DNA of 63,969 nucleotides, counting the filler, from Gonapodya sp. JEL0774 (taxonomy: Eukaryota): NCBI GenBank assembly GCA_027604505.1. It is 29 parts of 29 records of this genome, joined end to end, with 100 filler letters (N's around TTAATTAATTAA, not from the genome) between each part and the next. Parts side by side here need not be neighbours in the genome. Positions count along the whole stretch, not along the records: positions 1 to 2,121 come from JADIIX010002223.1; positions 2,222 to 4,342 come from JADIIX010002224.1; positions 4,443 to 6,562 come from JADIIX010002225.1; positions 6,663 to 8,782 come from JADIIX010002226.1; positions 8,883 to 11,001 come from JADIIX010002227.1; 24 more parts are not named here. One strand, 5' to 3'. Under the pieces are notes generated by a model that saw nothing but the letters and a program-made list of their open reading frames with translations, was not told the origin of the DNA and did no database searches. How positions within the stretch are numbered: the first letter of the stretch is position 1; the number at the start of each line of letters is the position of its first letter. The position numbers and the translations under genes are program-made. Below are positions 1 through 11,101 of the stretch, in pieces.

Positions 1-189
1 GACTTCGATAGACACCTCATCGTCAACATCAACAACATGTATCTCGGACAGCTTGCTCTTTGGTGTGCGTTGAGGTGCGGTTGTCATGCAGAATGTTGAC
101 TTGACATAGCGGAGAAAATCACGTTCGAGAATCAGTCTAAACAGAGGAACATTGTAAGAATGTCGCAGGTAACAAAAGGAAAGTTGGAC

Positions 190-1400
190 TCACTCAGAAA
201 TGCGAAGTTTTGACGCATGAACAGTCGTGCTGAAAACCGCTCTCCACCGAATCGGTGGCGGCCGTTTTTCATGATGCATGTCACCCACCAAAACAAACCG
301 TTCTGAGCATGAAAAACGCTCTCCCCCGATTCGGTGGCAAGCAATTTTAAGCGCAAATGAATGCGCAAATATTCGAAGAGTAAGCGCTTTTGCTGAAAAC
401 CCTTCGCAACCAATTCGGTGACGGGTTTTCAAAGTGTTTGTCCCCCACCACCTTATGGCTTCCGAAGATGGAAAAGGCACCTCCACCGATTCAGTGGCAA
501 GCACTTATCAGCACGGCGGAACAAGAACATACATGGATGTGAGGGAACGCGATCGGGATCAATTCGCGGACAGCTGTTTTACAATGTATCTCTCTGTAAA
601 CACCCAAAAAGATGCAAAAACGAAACTCTAGTGGGATTGATCTTGCGCTCTGCAGCTCAGATGGAGTAGCATAATCCACTGGACTATGAGAACCTACAGC
701 TATTATTAATGCAAGAAATACAATATATCCATTAAAGTTTTCAGCATCTAATCGGTGGTGACTGTTTTAGCATACGCTTGTCCCACACCAAATAACGGTT
801 TTTGAGTGTGATGAAAAACTGTCACCACCGATTCGGTGGCGAAGGTTTTTCACCACCACCGGTCATGTGTCAAAACTTCGTATTTTCAACTGTGCTGAAA
901 CATGCTCACCACCGAATCGGTGGTTGCTGTTTTTGCATCTTACTGTCCCACACCGAACAGTGTTTTCCAATCATGGTGAAACACAGTCACCACCGAATCG
1001 GTGGTGTGCATGTTTCAGCGTGTCTCTGTGTCCCACACCAAATAATGGTTTCTGAGCACGTGCAAAAACAGTCACCACCGATTCGGTGGCGAGAGGTTTT
1101 CAGCACGACCACTCATGTACGAAATCTTCGTATTTTCAGTCGTGCTGAAAAACACTCGCCACTGGACCGATGATGTTGTTTTTTGCACATGTCTGTTTCT
1201 GTCCCATGCCAAAGAGCTTTCCGAGCATGATGAAAAGCAGCCACCACCGAATCTGTGGCAACCGTTTTTGACCATGACCGCTCATGCATAAAATCTTCGC
1301 ATTTTTCAGTCATCCTGAAAGTAGCTCGCCACCGAATCGGTGGTGGACGTTTTTGGACTGATGGTTGCGCCCACATTTTAACAGTGATCACTGAACAGTG
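190..1400. repeat. Tandem array of palindrome-centred units, core CACCACCGA[A/T]TCGGTGGTG
   Basis: Palindrome centres at 251, 330, 414, 490, 751, 832, 916, 997, 1082, 1166, 1251 and 1336 (76-85 bp apart within two blocks; some copies degenerate); spacers fall into two related types. Confidence 0.92.
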
Positions 1401-1612
1401 TCCCCGAATTCTGAGCCCTACTGTACATATGAGAGCACCAATTTCAGTACTGTTTGTGGATTCATCGATTTTTACCAGTTGATTGGTGGGAACATGGAGT
1501 ACCTCCGGAAACCCGTTGCCTCGGAATAGGATCCACAGATTAAACTTACCGAGCTTTTGACAGCAATTAGACGCTCACCACTTCCCATCCATCCACAAAC
1601 CATCGATCCACT

Positions 1613-2086
1613 ATGCCTACATTTGTCAGTTCTTTTGACTCTGATGTGACCTACAGAACAAGCCTCACAGCAGTGGATGAAAATGTTCTGATCATTCAAC
1701 TGGGACTTGCGCCACCAACAGTCATCTTTGAGCCTGCAACGTCTCGCATTATTGAAGCAAACAGTGATGGCTTGTATGAACTTGAGGCTCATGGCACATA
1801 TACTGTGGTGGGGGATGAGACAACTGCAACATTTGCTCCATCTGCACCACCTCCAACCACACCTACTCTGAACACATGGGAGTACAATGTTCTGCGCTCC
1901 TACTACATCAAACACGCTGAAATAGCAAGGTATAAGCAAAGGCAGGTCTTTCCCCGTTCAATTGCGGGCAAGGGTGACCTTCAGAAGCGTAAGGATTTCA
2001 AACGAAAGGTGGGCGATTACATTCAGTACAAGTGGTCGTGTTTGGCTCACAATAGATTGCACAGTGTAAAAAGTATCGATGCTTAG
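1613..2086 (+). CDS. Hypothetical protein, possibly the N-terminus of a transposon/integrase-like protein
   Basis: 157-aa ATG ORF in CpG-poor DNA; IARYKQRQVFP...KRKDFKRKV loosely resembles the segment preceding the zinc-binding domain of gypsy/Ginger integrases. Confidence 0.3.
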   Translation: MPTFVSSFDSDVTYRTSLTAVDENVLIIQLGLAPPTVIFEPATSRIIEANSDGLYELEAHGTYTVVGDETTATFAPSAPPPTTPTLNTWEYNVLRSYYIKHAEIARYKQRQVFPRSIAGKGDLQKRKDFKRKVGDYIQYKWSCLAHNRLHSVKSIDA

Positions 2087-2121
2087 ATACAAGACTTATA
2101 TACAGTTTCAAGAAAAGGCGC

Positions 2122-2221
2122 NNNNNNNNNNNNNNNNNNNNNNNNNNNNNNNNNNNNNNNNNNNNTTAATTAATTAANNNNNNNNNNNNNNNNNNNNNNN
2201 NNNNNNNNNNNNNNNNNNNNN
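2122..2221. other. Artificial contig linker (N44-TTAATTAATTAA-N44); 28 such linkers separate 29 fragments
   Basis: Identical 100-nt spacer with stops in all six frames recurs about every 2.2 kb; fragment lengths decline steadily from 2121 to 2095 nt. Confidence 0.98.
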
Positions 2222-2682
2222 TCTCCAGATACCAACGCCTCGTCCTCAACCCCCCTTCTGAGTCCCATCCCCACCCCAACCCCACCCCGCCCCGCCTCCC
2301 CCGCCTCCTCGAATCCCCCCTTTTCGGTCCGCTCCGTCTTCGCCTTTCTCTCGTGTTGCAAATCCCCCGAACTCGCCGAGGTCTCTCTCTCAACGTCACC
2401 GCATTCCGCGGCGTCGGTCGCGGTTCAACAAAACTCGTCAATAACTCTCGCTAAAAACGGACAGAGGAGGAAGGGTGAAAGAGAGACCGAGGAGGTGGCG
2501 AATGGGAAGGGGGCGAATGCAAAGGCAAAGGCGAAAAATGGGAAGGCGGCGGCGGACGAGGTGGGTTTGACGAGTTGTTGTTGTCCCTCGCCCGGTCCCC
2601 TCGTTGGGATGCTTCAGTTTTGCATCTCGCCCTTCTGAAGTCTGAGTATGGCTCCTCTTCCAACTTATCTCTTCTCTCTCAG

Positions 2683-3485
2683 ACTGACAATCGGTGGCTC
2701 CTGAAACCTCTCGACCCCGAAGACCGGGGTAAGAAATGCCTGGTCTTGGATCTTGACGAAACGCTTGTACACAGCTCGTTCAAGGTTTGTGGCTGTGGTT
2801 CCCCTGGGTTTGGTCCTCCATGAACCCCGATTGTGTTGGTTTCGTGACTGCATCGACTTTCACAGCCCATCCCCAACCCCGACTTCATCGTCCCCGTCGA
2901 AATTGACGGTGTGATTCACAACGCACACGTCCTGAAGCGTCCAGGCGTGGACGAGTTTCTGCGAAAAGTAGGGTCAATGTACGAGGTGGTGGTGTTCACG
3001 GCGAGTGTTGCGAAGGTGAGTTTCAAAGTGCGACCAGGCGAGGCAAGACGAAATCTGTGGCTGAATGATTTCTCCGCGGTATTTGTGCCGATAGTATGCG
3101 GACCAGGTTCTGGATATATTGGACACTTCAAGAGTTGTGAAGCATAGACTGTTTAGAGAGGCGTGTATACTGCACAAGGGAAGCTACGTTAAGGTACGTT
3201 TGAAAGTGTCTTCGAGGCGCCTTCATTCCTCGCCTGAGATACCGTGTACGATTTCGTCGTCACCAGGACCTCTCCCTCCTCGGCCGTGACCTCCGCTCCA
3301 CCCTAATCATCGACAACGCGCCGGCCTCGTACGCCTTCCATCCCGTGAACGCCATTCCCGTGACGACGTGGTTCTCTGACCCGTGGGACTATGAGTTGCA
3401 AGATTTGGGGAACCTCCTGGTGGATCTGGACAAGTGCGATAACGTGCAGGCGGTGTTGGACGCGGCGAATGACGACGGATTTTAG
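2683..3485 (+). CDS. PSR1: NIF/HAD-family small CTD phosphatase (Psr1/SCP-like), 3' exons
   Basis: [15 protein letters not shown] (DxDxT), [34 protein letters not shown]. Exons 2683-2784, 2866-3015, 3095-3193, 3267-3485 with GT-AG introns. Confidence 0.92.
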
Positions 3486-4442
3486 AGAGGGGAGAGAGGC
3501 GAGGGATGGTTTGAGGGTCGGGGAGGGATGGTGTTTGAGTGGGCTGGGGAAAGAGAACGATGCTGCTTATGAGCTCCGTCGCAGGGGAGATTGCACGCAC
3601 GGACGAAGCCTGCGATTGATTGAAAAGACGGACACAACCCTATTATCAGGTGGGCCGGGACCGCGACACGCACTTGTACCTTGCCACGCCACCGGAACCG
3701 GCCTCGTGCAGGAGGGGCACTGCGAGGGTCGGTCTCGGTTCTGCTGGCAGAACGGAGTACGGGCACGCTACTATTTATACTTTTTGGGGAGGGAGGCGAG
3801 GTCGCGGAAGTGGGATTCGAGGATGTGGTGTGGAACTGGTGGTTCATAATGAGAACATGTCCGTGTGAGAGAAGGTCGAGCTGGACTGGTACCCCGTGGG
3901 ACTTGGTGGTTCGGATCTGCGGGAGAGGCGTTGTGGTGGTACTCGTAATGAACTTTTTATGAGAGCACAGGGGTTGGTTGGGTTGGTCCCGAGGTTTTGG
4001 GTTGATCAATGAGGTTGATATAGCACTGCAGTACTGTTCCCCTTGTTTTTACTTTTATCCCCTTTCGCGTAAATCTAGCACCGGTTCTCTAAAGATAATA
4101 TACCAATGCTTGAAAACAACTCCAAAGATCGTGCATGATGTGGAGGTCGGAATGAAATGGGATGGCTGTCACCTGTCAACGGTGATGTCACAGCCAGCAC
4201 CTCTCATGCATGAAGCAACGGCTCTCCACTGTTCTAACGTTGGGCGCTCCGAATTCTCAATCATATACCGTGTTATATAATTATTTTAACTAACTTGTAT
4301 GGGGAGGATTAAAACATAAATCATGCACAATGATCGTGCGAANNNNNNNNNNNNNNNNNNNNNNNNNNNNNNNNNNNNNNNNNNNNTTAATTAATTAANN
4401 NNNNNNNNNNNNNNNNNNNNNNNNNNNNNNNNNNNNNNNNNN

Positions 4443-6562
4443 GGACTCTGAAAAGAAGATGTGCTCTTACTGAACCCGAGTTGGAGCCAGAATGCAGCTC
4501 CGGTACACTGCGTGAAGTTGTCTAGACAAAATGCAGAACTGAGGTGAATCGCCCACTTACCGGGAGGCAATGTAATCCGGGCACCCGTATACACAAGTCC
4601 TCCAGTGCCTGTACCATTCACGACATTGTAGCTAACACTTGTCGCTGGAAAGGAACCTGATATCGAAGGCTGGTTCGAGTTCAAACTAGACAGCGCGGAT
4701 ACAGACGTCGTAACTCCGGTCACCGAAGTTTGTATATTAGTGTACGAGCCCGTGAGAGCAACCATATTCGCTGCATATATCTGCAGAGTTTGTGAGACGT
4801 ACGTGAAAGAATTTTGCACCAGTGACAAGTTCTGGTTAACGTAGAGAACCGACTGCTGCAACGTTGTCAGTGACCCATTTGAGAGCGCGAAGTTTGTCGT
4901 TATTCCGGCAATACTCTGAGACAAGGAAGAGAACGAATTATTGACAAGAAGCAGATTGCTTTGAAAACTTGCAATACATTGTGACAAGTTCGTGTATGAG
5001 TTTGAGATAACATTCAGTGAACTAGCATATCCTGATAGTGACTGCGCTAGCGAAAGTGCTGAACCAGCAACGGTCGATAAGTTAGTGGACAAAGTTTGAA
5101 TATTTTGCTGAAATGTCGTCTGGCTTCCTGTGACAAAAGCCAGTTGATTACCAAACGACTGGAGAGTTTGAGCCAGGGCAACAGATGATCCCGCAAGAAG
5201 AGACAGATTTCCACTGAAGCTCGCCACTGACTGCGACAACGTGAGCTGTGAGCCCGTGACTGCATTCATCTGTTGGGACAGCCCAACCATGCTTTCTCGA
5301 AAGCTGATTTGCGATCCCGACACTATTACCAATTGACTGCCAATGGATTGAATAGACTGCTTGAGATCAGCAGCCGATCCGACAAGGACTTGGAGTGCAC
5401 CGTTGTATGTCGAAACCGATTGACTAATGAGTGTAACAGAACCCGAAACGGCACTCAAATCACTGCGAACACCTGAAACGCATTGACTCAAAGAGAGTTG
5501 CGAATTCGACAGGATGTTTAATGCGCCAGAGTATCCATTCATGCTTTGATTCAACTGGAGCTGTGATCCTGCAACAGCATTCAGATTGTTCGAGAACGTC
5601 TGCAAGCTCTGTGAAAGCAGGGTCTGGGAGCCAGAGAGATAAGCAAGTTGCTGATTTGCAGCTCCCAGAGATTGACTTAACGTTGTTAGTGACCCAGTCG
5701 CAACAGCCAGGACTTGACTGTAACCTTGCACGCTTTGTGTGAGTGAAAGTTGTGACCCACTCACCGTCGTCAGGATTTGAGAGAGGGTCAGTAAACTCTG
5801 CTGCAAAACTGTCTGCGAGCCTGATAAGAGAACAAGTTGGTTACCGAACCCTTGAATCGATTGACCGAGTGTGGCAGTCGACCCTACCAAGAGTTGGAGA
5901 GCCGTGTTGTAAGCAGAAACTGATTGACTGATAAGTGTCACCGAACCTGACACAGCACTGAAATCACTGCGAACACCCGACACGCACTGACTCAAGGAGA
6001 GCTGTGAGTTCGCGAGGATGTTCAATGCACTAGAATACCCGATCATACTCTGATTCAGTTGAAGCTGCGATCCCGCGACGGCATTCAGGTTTGTTGAGAA
6101 CGTCTGTAAGCTCTGTGAAAGCAGGATCTGTGAACCGGAGAGGTAAACCAGTTGCTGGTTCGCTGCTCCTATCGACTGGCTCAATGTTGTCAGGGACCCA
6201 GTCGCTACAGCCAGCACTTGACTGTACCCTTGAACGCTTTGCGAGAGCGAGAGTTGTGACCCACTCACAGTCGTCAGGTTTTGAGACAGTGTCAGTAAAC
6301 TCTGTTGTAGAACCGTCTGCGAACCTGATACGAGAACAAGCTGGTTACCAAACCCTTGAATCGACTGACTGAGTGTAGCAGTCGACCCTACCAAGAGTTG
6401 GAGAGCCGTGTTGTATGCTGAAACTGATTGACTGATAAGTGTCACTGAACCTGACACAGCACTGAAATCACTGCGAATGCCTGAAATACACTGACTCAAA
6501 GAGATTTGTGAATTGGCGATGATTGTTAGTGCACTTGAGTATCCACTCATGCTTTGATTTAT
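4443..6562 (-). CDS. Long repetitive coiled-coil protein with a C-terminal putative beta-head (fibre/adhesin-like), partial at both ends
   Basis: Intronless ORF spanning the whole fragment; about 29 21-aa repeats grouped into 168-aa super-repeats; ends YTGARITLPPGKWAIHL. Confidence 0.8.
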
Positions 6563-6662
6563 NNNNNNNNNNNNNNNNNNNNNNNNNNNNNNNNNNNNNN
6601 NNNNNNTTAATTAATTAANNNNNNNNNNNNNNNNNNNNNNNNNNNNNNNNNNNNNNNNNNNN

Positions 6663-7480
6663 CTCGTACGGAGAGAAGATTGCGCACTATTGCCTGCTGG
6701 CGGGCATTGAGAGCAACCCTGTTGGTGCGTGCCCGACCTCTCGCCATGTTGTTCGCGATCTCCGCCGCGCAATCCCGCGCCCTGCGCGCCATTCTCCTCA
6801 AGCCATCTCCGGACTACCTACCGTCTCTTTTTGACCTTGCGGGGAAACGGCTACAATTCGTCGTGGCTCAGTACAGGGGCAAACCAGAAGCTCAGGCAAG
6901 TTATAGTGGTCTCATGGACGGTGTCAATTTTCTGAAGGACTCATCTAGACGGTTGTTTGAAAGGCGAAGAATATCAACGACCCTCATTTCAGTCCGTCAG
7001 AACAGCAGAATGAGCTCTTGACGTGGTTTCAGCGCTTCGGTGATCCGATGAAAGAAATGGTGGATTTCGAAACCGTACTGAGATTTCGAGGTGCACTCAA
7101 AACCTCTGATTCCTTCCGCCGAGCCGGTGCAATTCTTTTGGAGGAGCACGAAAAATCGTTCGCGTCGGATGCGATGGTGTACAATGGTATAGGGGGCTAC
7201 ATTGCGAACGAGGCCGCGCTCAACGCCCGTTTCAGCGGAATAGATTTCTTATTCAACCTGAGTGATCCGAGTGACTTGGAAGGTCTCAATGCGCATCTGA
7301 AGCAGTTGAAGAGGCATCGAAAACGCAAATGATACGGAGTCAGTTTGCGCGCTGTTGGGATGTGACAATTTGAGCCCCAGGATTAAAACGTGTGTACGGT
7401 GCAAACTGGCCATGTACTGTGACACAACCTGCCCAAAAAGGCGCACTGGCCCCTTCATAAAGCTGTTTGTGCGGAGGAGT
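6663..7480 (+). pseudogene. Disrupted gene ending in a MYND zinc finger
   Basis: 7346 onward reads CALLGC...CVRCKLAMYCDTTC, then a frameshift, then AHWPLHKAVC; it is out of frame with the upstream ORFs 6680-7021 and 7018-7332. Confidence 0.6.
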
Positions 7481-7620
7481 TTTGGGCTGTTTGTGGGGAG
7501 ACTGTAAGGAGTAGGCTTATTCCTGCATTCCTGGAATCGAAAAGCTCTGATGACTCTGTGCACCCTGCACAGATTTTGACCACAGCTCAAAACAGAGTTT
7601 CCGAAATTACACCAGAACTG

Positions 7621-8782
7621 ATGCCCGCCTCTCCGAGGGACATGGAAGTCGATAAGGACAGGTCGCCGTACGTTTCTGAGCTCGAGAATCTCTTGGTTTC
7701 CGGCCCAATTTTTCGCGAAACTCAACCAATTGTCGATCGATTTGCTGCCTTTTGTGTCGATTTCTGCCGCCATTTTCAGGTCCCGGTCTCTTTCTCGCTC
7801 TCGCTCGGGGTCCAGGTCCCCCTCGCCCAGGCGGCGTTCTCGTTCAAGGTGCGTGCTTCCCCTCAGAGTTTCTTTGCTGCGCATTGGGTCTACCAGCGTC
7901 TCCTCGAATGGAAATCATTAAGTCTCACAGGAACGGAGTCTGATGTGAACGGGAGTGTTTGCTCTTTGGAAGCCACTTTCAACACTGCAATGCCAGGATG
8001 CTTGTCTGAGACACCTCTACCTTCTCAGATCTTTCTCCCCCCGCTCCGCACGCTCCGTCTCTCCGGACCGCAAGTATCCGTCTAAGGACTCCAAGGATGC
8101 ACCGGCGACATCCACCAAGGACCATTTGGCAGACGCAGACCAGGCCTCAGCTCGCATTTTGGTCAACAAACTTACCAAGAACGTTACCAAAGAGCATATA
8201 AAGGAGATATTTGGTTATTACGGAGACATTGTAAACGTTGAGATGCCGGAGATGCGGAAGTGTGAGTACGGGAGCTGTGGGTTGACATTGTGCTGAGAGT
8301 GCGGGTCGGCATTGCGTTGGCTGTGTGGGAACAGTTGGAAGACCCTCAGTACTGTGTCGCTCTCTGCAAGATGTCGATGGAATGTCTTGAATACTGATAG
8401 CATGGGAGGCTTGACGTTTTTGAGAAGACAGCACTTGCCTGCTGTCACGCGGCGTTTGATGCGATCCACCAGATCCTTAACCCTCGTCTCCGATCCTCTC
8501 CGCCATCATTTTCCTGATATACTCGCAAGTTTCGTTCAACCGAGGCTTCTGCTACCTCACCTTCAACGAACCCCCGCAAGCCCGCACCGCAGTCCTCCAC
8601 ATGGACCGCGCTCAAGTCGACGGTCAAATTATCGCCGTGAGCGTGCTTGCCGTGGGGTCAACGTACCGTCCCACGGCTAGAGAGGAGGAGAGGAAAGGGA
8701 TGGGTGGGAGAAGGGACAGCAGGGATGCTGGCGTTGGCCAGGGAGTGGATAGGAATGTTGTTGGTGATGCGAGAAGACCCAT
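7621..8782 (+). CDS. RNPS1: RNPS1/SR45-like RS-rich RRM splicing/EJC factor, partial
   Basis: RS-rich exons, RRM ILVNKLTKNVTKEHIKEIFGYYG, RNP1 NRGFCYLTF, MDRAQVDGQII; GT-AG introns. Confidence 0.85.
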
Positions 8783-8882
8783 NNNNNNNNNNNNNNNNNN
8801 NNNNNNNNNNNNNNNNNNNNNNNNNNTTAATTAATTAANNNNNNNNNNNNNNNNNNNNNNNNNNNNNNNNNNNNNNNNNNNN

Positions 8883-11001
8883 AAGATGTGAATGGGATCA
8901 TCTGCAGTGGTCAGATCTCTCATGAGGCTCCGCAGGTACGCTGCCTGGCGAGCAGTCTCTGTCATCGCGTACAACTCCGCCTCCGTTGTTGAGAGCGCCA
9001 CAAGCTTCTGGCGCTTGCTCGCAAACGAAATACCCGCGCCAGCTAGTTTAAATATATAGCCGGAGGTTGACCTTCGTGTGGGGTCATTCTCTCCCCAATC
9101 CGCATCTGAAAATCCACACATCTCCTCTCCCTCCTCCGCAGTAAAACGTAAACCATAATCCAGAGTACCTCTAAGATACCCGAATATTTTCTTCACTCCA
9201 TCCCAGTGCCACATGCTAAACTGGTCTTGATAGCGTGCGAGGTAGCTGACAGCAAAGAGAATATCAGGACGAGTTCCTTTCGCCAGCCACAACAAACTTC
9301 CAATCGCTTCACGATAACGAATACTTTGAAGCTCGTTAAGATCATCGCTGGGCTTTCTGCCGTGATCTTCGTGGAGATTCTTCGTCTCAGGCATCGGAGT
9401 CCTTGAGACCCTTACTCCTCCCATCCCGAAGTCTTCTATCATGTTACTCGCAAACTTCGTCTGATGAATGAAAATCTCCTTCTCGTTGAAGTTAAACTGC
9501 CAACCGAGGAATGTTTCCGGCAGTCCGATCTCCTTCATGTCAAATCGTTCCGCCAGTAACTTCTTTGCCTTCACGTTTCCTCCACTCCCCCGCTTCTCCG
9601 CCAAAAACATATCATCTACATGAAAGAGTAAAGCATGAGTAGAGTCCAAACTGACGAATAAACACGGATCTTTTTCCGTCTTTCTGTATCCGTTCTTTAC
9701 CAAAAACTCCGAGAGAGTTTTGTTCCAGAGAAGGGGGCTCCTCTGAAGTCCATACAGTGGCTTCTTCACCTTCACCTTCTCGCCATCTTTCAAACCCAAT
9801 CGTTCTAAGATATGCTTGGGAATTCCATGCGGTAGCTGAACGCTCACACGTTCATCGGGGGCCAACTCTGTAGACTGTAAGAATGCCGTGTCGAAGTCTA
9901 CTTGCTCCAGATCCCACCCATTAGTAACCGAGAGCGCAACTAACATGCGCAGTGACTCAGTGTGTGCAACTGGGGAATAACTGTCCGTTCCCTCAGTGTT
10001 CATTTCCTGGTATCCTCTTGCGACCAGTCGCGCCTTGTACTTCACGCCACCCGCCGGCAAAGGTTTCTCCGTCAAAACAAATCGGAGTTCCACAAACTTG
10101 CCCTGATTTTCCGACTCAGTCATTCTTTCAAACACGTCGTACTTTTCCATCTTCTCCATCTCAGCTTCCACGGCGCTGTGGTACTCCTCCGGAATGTTTT
10201 CCCGTACAACATTGATGCTGTCACCGCAAAAGTCCAAACAATTCACAGAGTCCGTTGTATCGCCATTAAATTTCCGCTTTGCAGCCCGAGGAATTTTGCT
10301 GCGAGGAGGAAGAGTCGACCATTTGTTGACCTTCGTGGGTGCGTCAGGTGCTTGAGGTGGGTGCTGACTCAGCTTCCTTGGTGTGACGACTTCCTGCACC
10401 CGAGCCGACACATCTCCCCCAGACGACCGCACCGACTCGTCATCATCGGTAGCACGTTCCTTTCCCTTCCTAAGACCACTTCGAGGCTCCGGAAGGTCGT
10501 CCTCGTCGTCATCATCGTCAATCAGAACGGGCCCCGTCGAGTCGGTCGGGTCGGCGACAAGCTCTTGAAGTCTGTCCACCAGGGAATCAGGAGCGAGTTG
10601 AGGGAAGTTCTTTCGAATGTGAGTTGCTTCATCGAAAACAGTGTCCCGAGTGCTTCCCGAGAACAATTTCCCCGTTGCCCGTTCCAACAGTCGATAACCC
10701 TTCATCCCCTCGTTCTCCCCATATCCCACCATCACCAACTTCCTCGACTTTGAGTCCAACTTTCGACGTTTGTTGTCGTGGATCTGGAGGTAAGCATCGC
10801 AACCGAAGATGCGCAGATGGCTGACATCCGGTTTCCTCCCCGTGAACACCTCCACAGGAGTCTTCCCGAGCTTCCCAACGACCGTCCGATTCCTCACGTA
10901 AACGAACGAGTCCATGGCCATCATCCAGTACTTTGGAGGAAGACCAGATGATACCAGCAAGGTACGTGATCCCTCACCCGCGATCCTGTTGTGTCGCTCT
11001 G
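8883..11001 (-). mobile_element. Ty1/copia LTR retrotransposon pol fragment (integrase C-terminus, RT, RNase H)
   Basis: Uninterrupted ORF in copia order IN-RT-RH: AERHNR, LRIFGC, KARLVARG, QVDFDTAFL, LYGLQRS, HVDD, SDADW, STTEAE. Confidence 0.96.
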
Positions 11002-11101
11002 NNNNNNNNNNNNNNNNNNNNNNNNNNNNNNNNNNNNNNNNNNNNTTAATTAATTAANNNNNNNNNNNNNNNNNNNNNNNNNNNNNNNNNNNNNNNNNNN
11101 N

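Noticed and set aside
240..1345. CRISPR array interpretation of the palindromic repeats
   Set aside because: The spacers are not unique but diverged copies of two types, the repeats are degenerate, there are no cas genes, and the context is eukaryotic.
132..1482. ORFs with repeated HHRIGG/HRFGG/PPIRW peptides
   Set aside because: These are translations of the DNA palindrome on both strands, in short broken frames.
2122..2221. Recurrent TTAATTAATTAA motif flanked by Ns
   Set aside because: Artificial concatenation linker; ORFs ending in X-runs, LIN or N are artefacts of it.
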